A DNA stretch of 64,000 nucleotides from Eledone cirrhosa (Eukaryota), in NCBI GenBank assembly GCA_964016885.1, contig OZ024754.1:34286001-34350000 (forward strand). The letters are read 5' to 3'. The number at the start of each line of letters is the position of its first letter. Positions within the stretch are counted from its first letter, which is position 1. Shown one piece after another: positions 23,835 to 35,549 of the stretch. Below the pieces are notes generated by a model. It ran no database searches. It saw nothing but the letters and a program-made list of their open reading frames with translations, and had not been told where the DNA came from. Both the position numbers and the translations under genes were made by a program.

Positions 23835-24660
23835 CTAAAATAACAATAACAGCAACAATTATTATTATTTCTTAACATCCTATAATAATTTAGCAGAAAA
23901 TATCTAAAAATGGATTTGTTAATTCAAATGTTTATAGTATCATTACTAGTAGACAGATCATTGTGAGCATTTGCAGTACTAACATAAAGAATAATTTTTA
24001 ATGTGATGCAGCTATAGTGTTGTTTTGTACTTTTGTACGATAATTTCTTGCAAATGGGGTTTTATGTGGTATAAGGATATAAAGAATTTAAGTGTACTGT
24101 CTTACAAAAAAAAATGTTTTGACTGTACTGCCTCTACTACTACTACTTGACAGTAAGGTAGTGGATTGGTTGAATTGTTGGAATGTCAGACTAAATACCT
24201 TATGGCATTTGCTCTGGCTCTTTACATTTTGAGTTAAAATTCTGCTGGGGTCGTTGGGGCACCAGATTAATTAACAATGTTTCTAGGGCATTTAAAACCT
24301 AGTGGAGCCCATTTCCTCTCCAGGTCAGAATACAGCAGATTTCTTCAAGAAAAGGATGGAGAGTGAGAAAATGGAAGTGATAAAGAGATATAGAAGAAGA
24401 ATCGACCCCAGTACTTGACTGGTACTTTTTTTATTGACCTTGAAAGGATGAAAGGCAAAGTTGACTTCTGAACAATTTGAACTTAGAGAGCAGAGAGCTG
24501 AAACGAATACTGCAAAGTATTCTATCTGATGTTCTAACAACTCTACCAATTCACCACCTTACTCTGAGATATAAGAATTGACTAATACAAGGTGAAGTGG
24601 AATTGAATGAATAACAACTGAAATTTGAAATAAGACATTAATGGGTAGACCATGTCATAC

Positions 24661-24819
24661 CTGAGGCTTCCATTTTTGTGAAGACACCAACCACAGCCAT
24701 TGGGAAGAAAATTCAACAAAGGTTTACGATTAGGCAGATCATCAAAAACCACAGTAGAAAAGCCTTGAGCATCATCTTTCTGTCTAAAGCGAACAACAGC
24801 AATATTGCCTGATCTGTAA
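24661..24819 (-). CDS. FAM194-domain gene, coding exon 5 (core of FAM194 domain)
   Basis: YYRSGNIAVVRFRQKDDAQGFSTVVFDDLPNRKPLLNFLPNGCGWCLHKNGSLR resembles the YYPSGNxA...F+D.P...L..F...G.G.CY+.NG pattern of ERICH6/C3orf20. AG|gtatga donor. Confidence 0.85.
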
Positions 24820-26299
24820 CTAAGAGTTAGGGTCAAGGTATAATCTATAAAAAGAATTCTTTATATAGCCATAATACAATTGTTATTTGTATTCAATCAA
24901 ACATAATCCCAATGAAACTATAAGCTGATTCTAAAATATAACTCAAACATAATCTTTTTTAAACAGCTGGCTTCGTCCAGAGGGTGTCTTCAGCAAATTG
25001 TTGACTTTGTTCAATGTTTCACTTTATTCTGTTGTTAGTTTTATGTATAACTATACATAGTTTTATACATAACAATCTAACAGTCAGTAAAACTATAAAT
25101 TTAAAGGAAATCTTCATTTCTAAAATTATGTGTGTAATCATCAATCTTTTAAAGAATGGGTCCAGTTTAGACTAGGTACATCGTATATCTGCATGTTGTA
25201 AAGGGTAACTAACTGTACTGAAAGACCATCCAGTTGTAAAACATTGTCTCAAAAGTGACCCCATGCTGAGTATATCCCTGTCATGGCATCTGCAAGTTAA
25301 CTGTTTCAGCAAGGAAAATAGCCTGAAAATGTTTGTTGTTCTTATCTAAAATACATCTACTATAAATCTGATGTATTCAGTCATCCACTTATGACTGCAG
25401 CATTCAGCCAGTCAAAAGTTGTCAGATTATATCCAAATTTTCATGGCTGTTTCCACCCTAAATTACAATGCCCTGCAGTTGGGGTGTCTGTAGGGATGGC
25501 CAATCACTGCCCTTTTTCTCCAAGCTTTCTGCTGGGCTCCTCATGCCTCTACCAAAGTTAACAAGATCCTTTTGCTTTGCTACAAAGCAAGTGCCTTCCC
25601 CTCTAATCTTAGATTGACAAAAAGAAAAAACTTAGTAAGTGTAATTTAGTAGATAAAAACACTGTGGAAGATTATGTATATATGAAGGCACATGGCTTAG
25701 TGGTTAGAGCATTGGGCTTGCAATCGAAAGGTTGTGAGTTCAATTCTCAGACCGGGTGATGTGTTGTTTCCTTGAGCAAGACACTTTATTTCACGTTGCT
25801 CCAGTTTACTCAGCTGTAGAAATGAGATGATAGGGACTGGGGTCTATATCATTCCACTGCAAAGTGGTCGTGGAGGTGCCACGGCAAAAAAAGCACCCAG
25901 CACTCACTGTAAATGAGGTTGGTGTTAGGAAGGGCATCCAGCTGTAGAAATCAAGCCAGAATAAGTTCCCGTCCCACCCTTGCAAGCAGGGAAAAGCGGA
26001 CGTAAAGTGATGATGATGATGATGATGATGATGATACACACACGTATGGACATGTGATATGCATGGATGATGATTGCTGAGTGAAGAAACGCCAGGAAAT
26101 CTCAGTGGAAGAAAGCTGCAATAGAAGAAGACCTGGGCAGAGGTGGTGAGAGCTAATCTCAAATTGCTGAGACTCACAGAGGAGATGACAAAGGACCGCA
26201 ATGAGTGGAAGGATGCTGGAGAGGATATATCCAAGCATGAGAAAGCAGATATAATGATAATGATAATGATGATGATGATATATATATATCCTTATATAT

Positions 26300-26372
<73 letters not shown>

Positions 26373-26527
26373 CACACATACGTATATTTATTTTCTATAG
26401 TGCACTAGCTATAGATTTTAGCTGTCACTGCATGTGTAAACAAATGAAGATTATATAGATATGTTAGACAGTTGTAAAGTCTGTCTTTTGTTTATATAAC
26501 CTCACTGTAAACAGGAAAAAAGGCATA

Positions 26528-26626
<99 letters not shown>

Positions 26627-27022
26627 ATATATATATATACGTGTGTGTGTGTGTGTGTATATATATTATATTAGCTTCAGAAACAGGGGTCCTATTAAGT
26701 TGTACTATACACATATCATACTTTTCGTTTTCTTAACGATCAACAAAATCCCAGACATCATTTGCTTACTAGTTGAGGTGGAACTTGTCAAATCAGACCA
26801 TGGAAACAATGTTTCCATGGCTGATACTATTTACCAGTTGCAACTCCTAGCAGGAAGAGTAACATGAAATAAAGTGTCTTGCTCAAGGACATAACACATT
26901 GCCTGGTTCAGGAATCAAATTCTTAATCATGAGATTGTGAATCCAATTCTCTAACCACTAAGTTGTACTATACACAAAGAAATATTGTATTACTAAACAA
27001 AACAATGTTACATAAAGGATAC
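24820..27022 (-). other. U12-type (minor spliceosome) GT-AG intron
   Basis: 5' site GTATCCTTT. Branch-like TACCTTGAC (24840-24832) with the A 14 nt from the 3' end. No polypyrimidine tract. Confidence 0.85.
25684..26034 (+). mobile_element. Family-B SINE, full length
   Basis: Near-identical to other family-B copies, with (TGA)n tail. Confidence 0.8.
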
Positions 27023-27271
27023 TATATTACAGATGTGTCGTCATCTGTTTCAGTTTTAAACAATGTTTTGCCATTATCTTCATTGTAAAATTCCATAGAT
27101 GGAATATTTGGCATTGGTACATTGTAAAGACTTAATGGTTTTGATAATTTCTGCAGAGCTGGCCTGCGAGGATTCTTTAAAAAAGATTTTTTCTGAAAAT
27201 TATTTCTCTGTTTTGCTGGCAGATTATCATCTTCATAATAAATCCTTGTTGGTGTCAAGTTTGGATGACTT
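27023..27271 (-). CDS. FAM194-domain gene, coding exon 4
   Basis: ccttcag acceptor. SHPNLTPTRIYYEDDN...EFYNEDNGKTLFKTETDDDTSVI. Ends TA|gtatccttt (U12-type donor). Phases 2/2. Confidence 0.8.
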
Positions 27272-27373
27272 CTGAAGGATAAATAATACATGAAAATTAA
27301 ATATCACAAACTTAAAAGAACAATTGTCTTTATTGTCATCATTCTTCAACACAAATAAAATCAGTCTACATAC

Positions 27374-27467
27374 ATTGTCTCTTTTGCTCTCTGAAGAATT
27401 CTAAGACATGTCGTAAGGATTTCTCTCCGCTCCATAGCACTTTTTTCATCTTGTACAACAGCATACC
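27374..27467 (-). CDS. FAM194-domain gene, coding exon 3
   Basis: gttatag acceptor. GYAVVQDEKSAMERREILTTCLRILQRAKET. AT|gtatgt. Phases 1/2. Confidence 0.78.
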
Positions 27468-28177
27468 CTATAACGTGGAAATAGAAACAATAGAAATATC
27501 AAAATAGATTTTAAAAAACACCCAGTACACACTGTAAATGTGGTAGGCATTAGAAGGGTATCCAGCCATAGAAACTTAGCCAGAAACAGTTCTATATGAG
27601 CAAAACACAGTCACCTGACCCAACTTTCCTCTAATGGGACAACCTGTCTAACCCATGCTAGCATGAAATATGGACATTAAACAATGTTGATGGCGATGAT
27701 GATGATGATGATAAACTCTCACAACATTATTCTACATCTCAACATTCAATAGTGGATTTTGACCAAATATCGCAATAAGGTAGCAAATTGTAAGAGTTGT
27801 TAGCACATTGGATAGAATGCTTTCTGGTGTTCGTCCAGCTTTCATGTCTCTGAGTTCAAATCCCACACAAGTCAACTTTGCCTTTCATCCATTTGAGGTT
27901 GATAAAAAAAGTAACAGTCCAATATTGAGGTTGATTTTTCCTCTATATCTCTTTCTCACTTCTTTTCTCTCACTCTATCCTTCTCTGGAAGAAATCTGAT
28001 AAATTCAGACCTGGGAAAGAGATGGGTTCCACCAGGTTTTAAAATTTATATACACATTTATGCAGTCTTGGTTACTTCTGTTATGTATATATATATATAC
28101 AGATATAACTTTATCATATACTTCAGTTGTTTAGTTAAGACACACACACACACTCACATATACATATATATATATAT

Positions 28178-28371
28178 AACGAAGGAAATGTGGTAAGGAA
28201 CCAGGTGGACCATAACGCACCAAAGTACTCAATACTTAGGGTAGTAGAGTGGGTAATAGGAACGAGTGGGACCCCGACGGCTGAGCTCAAGCCGTTTCGA
28301 CGGCTAATTCTGGACCAAATTAGCCGTCGAAACGGCTTGAGCTCAGCCGTCGGGGTCCCACTCATTCCTAT
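28178..28371 (+). repeat. Leader-plus-palindrome element, copy 1
   Basis: About 80-nt leader, then 54-bp arms (28256-28309 / 28318-28371, one mismatch) around ctggacca. Flanked by (TA)n. Confidence 0.9.
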
Positions 28372-28423
28372 ATATATATATATATATATAGTTAAAAGAA
28401 TAGAGGTGTAACACACAAGTTAT

Positions 28424-28965
28424 TATATATTGGTAAACGGAATAGAAAATGCTGACAAATTGTTCACAGTTGAAAAATGGTTTAATTAGGAATAAAAGAG
28501 TATTAGTGATTGTATGGGTTAGTATTCAGTTGTGGTTTTAAGTTTTTAAGTTTTTACCGGTTGCGCATTTCTAAATGCTTTTCAAAAATAATTTTGAGAT
28601 AGAGTGTCCGTGCTGTTTGCTCTGATCAGAGCAAACAGCACGGAGTATTAGTGATTGTATGGGTTAGTATTCAGTTGTGGTTTTAAGTTTTTACCGGTTG
28701 CGCATTTCTAAATGCTTTTCAAAAATAATTTTGAGATAGAGTGTCCGTGCTGTTTGCTCAGATCAGAGCAAACAACACGGACACTCTATCTCAAAATTAT
28801 TTTTGAAAAGCATTTAGAAATGCGCAACCGGTAAAAACTTAAAAACTTAAAACCACAACTGAATACTAACCCATACAATCACTAATACTCTTTTATTCCT
28901 AATTAAACCATTTTTCAACTGTGAACAATTTGTCAGCATTTTCTATTCCGTTTACCAATATATAT
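28424..28965. repeat. Compound palindrome, about 200-bp arms with the centre duplicated in tandem
   Basis: Centre CTGA|TCAG at 28625/6, repeated at 28762/3. About 28499-28644 is duplicated. 28763-28965 is the reverse complement of 28424-28625. Confidence 0.9.
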
Positions 28966-29169
28966 ATATATATATATATATACATCTCTCTCTTCACCAC
29001 CAAATCCTGTTACCCGGAGAATTACCCATCTGCATTGTTGATGCTTCCAAAACGACCAAAAGAAAATATATCCTATATATATATATATATATATATATAA
29101 TAAATATTTGTATTTGATGAATCTCAACCAAGAATTTATTAGTAAAACAACTATTGAAACAAAACTCAC

Positions 29170-29238
29170 CTTTTCTCCAGCAACTTGCAGATGTGAGGCT
29201 AAAATGGATGTTTGGGCTTTTTTCAGCAGCTAAATATG
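29170..29238 (-). CDS. FAM194-domain gene, coding exon 2
   Basis: AYLAAEKSPNIHFSLTSASCWRK(G), like the I.FSLSS..C.EKGW motif of the family. AAG|gtgagt donor. An alternative in-frame acceptor would start the exon at 29229. Confidence 0.75.
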
Positions 29239-30309
29239 CTAGAATTTTAAAAATAAATTGTAAAAGAATCACCAAACATGAATAATCTGAATACGTATCA
29301 TCATCATCATCATCATTCTCATCATTTCACATCTGGGTTTTTTTCTATGTTTGCATTGGTTGGATATGATGATGATGTTGATGACAAAGATGATGATAAC
29401 GATGATGGTGATGATGAGGTTGACGATGATGATGATGATGATGATGATGACAATGATGACATTTACTTTTTTATTCAATAAATGAGAGAATTTCTGATTA
29501 TTTTAAAACTGTAATAATATTATTTTTATAATAATAATGAAATTATTGTGTAGTGCCCAGGTAAAGCACCTAGCTACATCCTTTGGCACTCCAGTGTGTC
29601 ATGATACACAGCTTAAACACCACTGCCCTACCACCTTAACCCTTTTGATACCAACTCTGGTTCTATGAAACAAAACCACTCATTTTAAAGGGTTCCAATC
29701 TAAATTAAAATTTTCCAACATAATTTTATATAAGAACCAAATTAACTAATTAATTGAAATACAGTGTATTTCATTAAAAGTAAGGCAATGAAAGAGTTAA
29801 ATGTAGTTACATTGCATAACAAGCTGACCTGTGACTAAAAAACAACAACTATTGACTTCTGATGTAAATTATTTCCATACCCAACATAATTAATCAAAAG
29901 TTGGTGACAGAGTTAAGAGGTTAAAGAGTTTATATCACAGTGTGAGAGGTTAATGTGAAAAATCACTGGAAAAAACACTGAAGCTATCTCAAGTGTCATT
30001 CTTAATTAGTGGAAAGGCTATCAACAGTTACATTAATGAAGCTGGCAGTTGATTTAATGAGGATAGTTTGTTTTCAGGTTAACCTTGGCTTCAAGCCAAC
30101 AACGAAGTCTAGATGAACATTCAACAAAACATTTTTAAAATACCTTTCTTATCTTTGCATTTATTTAATTTACAACATACACTAAGGTCGCCTCTACATT
30201 GTATGAATAAAATGTATTGTTCCTATTTGTAATTAGCTTTTGTGAAGTACAAAACAGCACTACAACTGCATGATATTAAGATGTGAAGTCTTTAATCTAA
30301 TATTGAGAA

Positions 30310-31939
30310 CTACTGACAGTTGAACCAGGGATCTCTGGGTAATTGTGGTATTACTGACAGTTGAACCAGGGATCTCTGGGTAATTGTGGTATTACTGACA
30401 GTTGAACCAGGGATCTCTGGGTAATTGTGGTATTACTGACAGTTGAACCAGGGATCTCTGGGTTATTGTGGTATTACTGACAGTTGAACCAGGGATCTCT
30501 GGGTAATTGTGGTATTACTGACAGTTGAACCAGGGATCTCTGGGTAATTGTGGTATTACTGACAGTTGAACCAGGGATCTCTGGGTTATTGTGGTATTAC
30601 TGACAGTTGAACCAGGGACCTCTGGGTAATTGTGGTATTACTGACAGTTGAACCAGGGATCTCTGGGTAATTGTGGTATTACTGACAGTTGAACCAGGGA
30701 TCTCTGGGTAATTGTGGTATTACTGACAGTTGAACCAGGGATCTCTGGGTTATTGTGGTATTACTGACAGTTGAACCAGGGACCTCTGGGTAATTGTGGT
30801 ATTACTGACAGTTGAACCAGGGATCTCTGGGTAATTGTGGTACTACTGATAGTTGAACCAGGAATCTCTGGGTTTTTGTGGTATTACTGACAGTTGAACC
30901 AGGGATCTCTGGGTTATTGTGGTACTACTGACAGTTGAACCAGGAATCTCTGGGTTATTGTGGTATTACTGACAGTTGAACCAGGAATCTCTGGGTTATT
31001 GTGGTACTACTGATAGTTGAACCAGGGATCTCTGGGTTATTGTGGTACTACTGATAGTTGAACCAGGAATCTCTGGGTTATTGTGGTACTACTGATAGTT
31101 GAACCAGGGATCTCTGGGTTATTGTGGTACTACTGATAGTTGAACCAGGGATCTCTGGGTTATTGTGGTACTACTGACAGTTGAACCAGGAATCTCTGGG
31201 TTATTGTGGTACTACTGATAGTTGAACCAGGAATCTCTAGGTTATTGTGGTACTACTGACAGTTGAACCAGGGATCTCTGGGTTATTGTGGTACTACTGA
31301 TAGTTGAACCAGGGATTTCTGGGTTATTGTGGTACTACTGATAGTTGAACCAGGAATCTCTGGGTTTTTGTGGTATTACTGACAGTTGAACCAGGGATCT
31401 CTGGGTTATTGTGGTACTACTGATAGTTGAACCAGGGATCTCTGGGTTATTGTGGTACTACTGATAGTTGAACCAGGAATCTCTGGGTTTTTGTGGTACT
31501 ACTGACAGTTGAACCAGGAATCTCTGGGTTATTGTGGTACTACTGATAGTTGAACCAGGAATCTCTGGGTTTTTGTGGTATTACTGACAGTTGAACCAGG
31601 GATCTCTGGGTTATTGTGGTACTACTGATAGTTGAACCAGGGATCTCTGGGTTATTGTGGTACTACTGACAGTTGAACCAGGAATCTCTGGGTTATTGTG
31701 GTATTACTGACAGTTGAACCAGGGATCTCTGGGTTATTGTGGTACTACTGATAGTTGAACCAGGAATCTCTGGGTTTTTGTGGTACTACTGATAGTTGAA
31801 CCAGGAATCTCTGGGTTATTGTGGTACTACTGATAGTTGAACCAGGGATCTCTGGGTTATTGTGGTACTACTGACAGTTGAACCAGGGATCTCTGGGTTA
31901 TTGTGGTACTACTGATAATTGAACCAGGAATCTCTGGGA
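30310..31939. repeat. 41-bp tandem satellite, about 40 copies
   Basis: Unit TACTGACAGTTGAACCAGGGATCTCTGGGTAATTGTGGTAT, in coding intron 1 of the FAM194 gene. Confidence 0.97.
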
Positions 31940-32004
31940 TAGAACTGGTTAAAAAGAATGTTCAGAATTAATCTCAGTAAAAACTTAAAGCAGAAAACAA
32001 TGTT

Positions 32005-32244
32005 TGTGTGTGTGTCTAAGTAAGTTTGTGTGCACCTGTGTGAGTGAAAGAATGTATGTGTATGCCTGTGTGAGTGTATGAGTGTGTGGTGTATGTGTGT
32101 GAGGGTGTGTGTGTGGCTGTGAATGTGTGGGTATATGTGAGAGAGTATGTGCATGTGGTTGGGTGTGAGTGTGTATGAGTGTGTGAGTGAGTGTGTGTAT
32201 GTGACTGCAGGCATGTGGTTGTGTGGGTGTGTAAGTGTGTGTGT

Positions 32245-32304
<60 letters not shown>

Positions 32305-32403
32305 AGGTGTGTGTACAGGTGTGACAAGATCAGCAAATAAAAGGTTAATGGTCAATTTCAGCAGAGATTAGCTGAAGTGTCATTATAGTTATTAATGTTG
32401 TGG

Positions 32404-32500
<97 letters not shown>
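32005..32500. repeat. (GT)n microsatellites, degenerate and pure
   Basis: Direct reading. Confidence 0.9.
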
Positions 32501-32501
<1 letters not shown>

Positions 32502-33067
32502 CTGGGTGTATTTGCATGTGTGTTTGAATCTGTATGCATATTTTGGGGTATGTTTGGATGTGGGAGGGTATGAGAGAGAGAGAGAGAGAATTCCAGATTT
32601 CAGTGAAAAATTAAGCAATAAATGAATTTGACAGACAGATAGATAGATAAACATATATATAAAAAAAAACAAAAAAGAAACTACAAAATGTCAACTAGAA
32701 ATTCGATAGGCCAGTATATATATCACCAGCAGCCCAGCCGTGCCCAGAATTAAACAATCAAGATTTGCAAGCCCTGACTGGTCATAGCCAGGGATTCCAT
32801 ACTTGTCTGGCAAAGTAAGTAAATACACTTATGGAAAGAGCAAGGGGGAAACATTGGTTTGTTGTTGTGACTTGACAACCAAAAAGAGGAAATTAGATTT
32901 GAAAGCTTATGGAGATTCTTACATAACTAATCCTGCCCTGTTCTCACAGCTCTTGAGAAGGCAGTTTTTTATAATCCTCTGCTTATATTATCAAGATTGC
33001 TTTCAAGTACCTCCTTTAACTTTCTCACACACACACACACACTTATATATGGGTACTCTCTCTCTCT

Positions 33068-33068
<1 letters not shown>

Positions 33069-33142
<74 letters not shown>

Positions 33143-33321
33143 GTGTGTGTGTATGTATGTATGTATGTATCACACAGAAATAGATATATATATCAAAATG
33201 GGCGTTAAATGATGATTGATGATGATATATATATATAAACATATATACGTATATATATTTATATATATATATATATATATAAACATATATATATATATGT
33301 ATATATGTATATATATATATA

Positions 33322-33378
<57 letters not shown>
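33069..33378. repeat. (TA)n microsatellite complex
   Basis: Direct reading. Confidence 0.9.
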
Positions 33379-33381
<3 letters not shown>

Positions 33382-33519
33382 ATGCCAGAATGGAAGTATG
33401 AGCAAGATAGATGACTGACCAGTTTAGCCTCAAAACATGACAGCCTGTCTGACCCATCCAAGCATGGAAAATAGATGTAAAATGGTAACATGATAATATA
33501 TATATATAATATATATATA

Positions 33520-34267
33520 TAGAAATAAGAGGGATCAGATGTTGTTTACTCGAGAGAAGGCTACGTTGGTACGGTCACGTGATGCGCATGAAAGACGACA
33601 GCTGTATAACAAAGTGCAGGGCAATAAAGATAGACAGTAGCCACGGAGTAGGCAGACCCAGAAAAACATGGGACGAGCTGATAAATTCCGACCTCACACG
33701 CTTACACCTCTCCAAGACAATGTCACCTGACCGAGACCTTTGGCGGTACTCAGTAATAGAGAAGACCCGCCTTACCTAAATACAAAGTAAAAACCTACTA
33801 CAGTCAGTAGGCACCTCTATCAAAACACACCCCCGTCCCACCACCTCCACCCCACCCACACCGCCCCTTTCAATGTAAAGTTATGTTGGTCCCACAACAT
33901 CCAGGCCGAAACAAACAAATGAGATCGTGTAGGTGTCACGACAAAAAACACACAGTCCACGCTGTAAATGTGGCCGTGTAGGCAACACGGTAAAAACCTC
34001 CCAGCCCCACACTGTAAATGTGGTTGGTGTTAGGAAGGGCATCCAGCTGTAGAAAACCCGCCAGACAGTCCACGCTGTAATGTGGCCGTGTAGGCAACAC
34101 GGTAAAAACCTCCCAGCCCCACACTGTAAATGTGGTTGGTGTTAGGAAGGGCATCCAACTGTAGAAAACCCGCCAGACAGTCCTATGCGAGCAAGACAAC
34201 CACTCTTGCCTCAAGTGGGAAAACCCCCGTCCAAACCCATGCAAGCGTGGAACACGGACGCTAAACC

Positions 34268-34297
<30 letters not shown>
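33520..34297 (+). mobile_element. RTE LINE 3' end with 3' UTR and (TGA)n tail
   Basis: [22 protein letters not shown]...GVGRPRKTW...DRDLWR. The UTR has an internal duplication of about 120 bp and ends ggacgctaaacctgatgatg. Confidence 0.8.
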
Positions 34298-34298
<1 letters not shown>

Positions 34299-34321
34299 AT
34301 ATATATATACACACATATATA

Positions 34322-35206
34322 CAGGGTGCGGACGATATCTGTTCGCAAGATTACTGTCTAGGAAAAAGTAACACAGAAGTTTTATTTTTTAAGATTTATT
34401 TATCAAACTTGGGTCAGTTTGTCTTCATGACTTGTTCTTTCGATCTCACTCGATAAACCCGCCATTGGCTTTGATGACGGCCTCAAGGCGGCCTTGGAAC
34501 CAGCTACAGGCCTTCGTCACTGTCCCCCGACTTAGACCCCTAAAGGCACTTGTGATCCTAGCCTTCAGATCGTCTTTCGTATTGCAGCTAGATCTGTTGG
34601 TGTCTCGTTCCACAGCGCCCCACACAAAGAAGTCGAGGGGGTTGCAGTCAGGCGAGCTGGGAAACCAGATGTCAGGTGAAGTGTGGTCGACGAAGTTCTC
34701 TGGACAGCCAGGCTTGGGTCTTTCGGCTGGTATTGCAGGGCGCTGAGTCTTGCTGCCACACGTACGGCCTACCTGCAGCTACCTTGTCGATCCAGGGCTT
34801 TACTACCTCGCTCAGAATGTGGATGTAGCCATCGGTGTTCAGCTTGAGGCCCTCAGGGAAGAAGTGAGGTGGCATGACGTCACCTTGACTGCTGACGACA
34901 CCTCAGACCAATGTTGTCGATGGAAACTTTGTCTGCATGACTTTGGGCACGTCTTTGGATGAGACACCTGTTATTCTGGGAGTTGATCTTCTGGTCTTAT
35001 TTGTCCTCCTGGCGCGGATTCTAAGAAGAACTCTGTGTCTCTTCCACAAATTTGGAGGTTCAAAATTATTCATAATCAATTATTCTGAAAATAAATAATG
35101 GAAATATAGTCACTCTTTTTATGAAGACAAGAGTGACAACGGAAGTAAAAAAAATGTGCATAAAATTAACAGTTGAAAATTGTGGACAAATATCGTCCGC
35201 ACCCTG
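34322..35206 (-). mobile_element. Internally deleted Tc1/mariner element, DD37D (maT) type
   Basis: TA-flanked TIRs CAGGGTGCGGACGATAT / ATATCGTCCGCACCCTG. Frameshifted transposase MPPHFF...WQQDSAP...SPDCNPLDF...LEAVIKANGGFIE, with about 37 residues between the last two Asp. Confidence 0.88.
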
Positions 35207-35327
35207 TATATATATATATATTTATATATATACATATATATATACATATATATATTTATATATATACATATATATATTTATATATATACATATATATATT
35301 TATATATATACATATGTATATTTATAT

Positions 35328-35516
35328 AACAAAAAGGGTGTGGTAAGACACCAAGTGGACCATAACGCACCAGAGTACTCGATACTTGGGGAGATAGAGT
35401 GGGTAATATGAAGAGATTCAGGTCCCCGACAGCTGAGCTCCGGCCGTTTTGACAGCTAGATCCGATCTAGCTGTCGAAACAGCCGAAGCTCAGCTGTCGG
35501 GGTCCTGAATCTTTTC

Positions 35517-35520
<4 letters not shown>
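35328..35520 (+). repeat. Leader-plus-palindrome element, copy 2
   Basis: Leader similar to copy 1 (tgtggtaag...gtggaccataacgcacca.agtactc.atactt...tagagtgggtaata). Arms 35406-35462 / 35464-35520. (TA)n flanks. Confidence 0.88.
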
Positions 35521-35548
<28 letters not shown>

Positions 35549-35549
35549 A

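Noticed and set aside
25684-25760. tRNA gene
   Set aside because: Only an A/B-box SINE head without a complete cloverleaf. It is repeated in every family-B copy.
29278-29481. Poly-Asp/poly-His ORF
   Set aside because: It is a (GAT)n/(CAT)n microsatellite around a degenerate SINE tail in an intron.
31909-33491. HT/CV/YI-repeat ORFs (also near 13800, 26000-26870, 36800-37100 and 52700-53100)
   Set aside because: These are translations of dinucleotide microsatellites.
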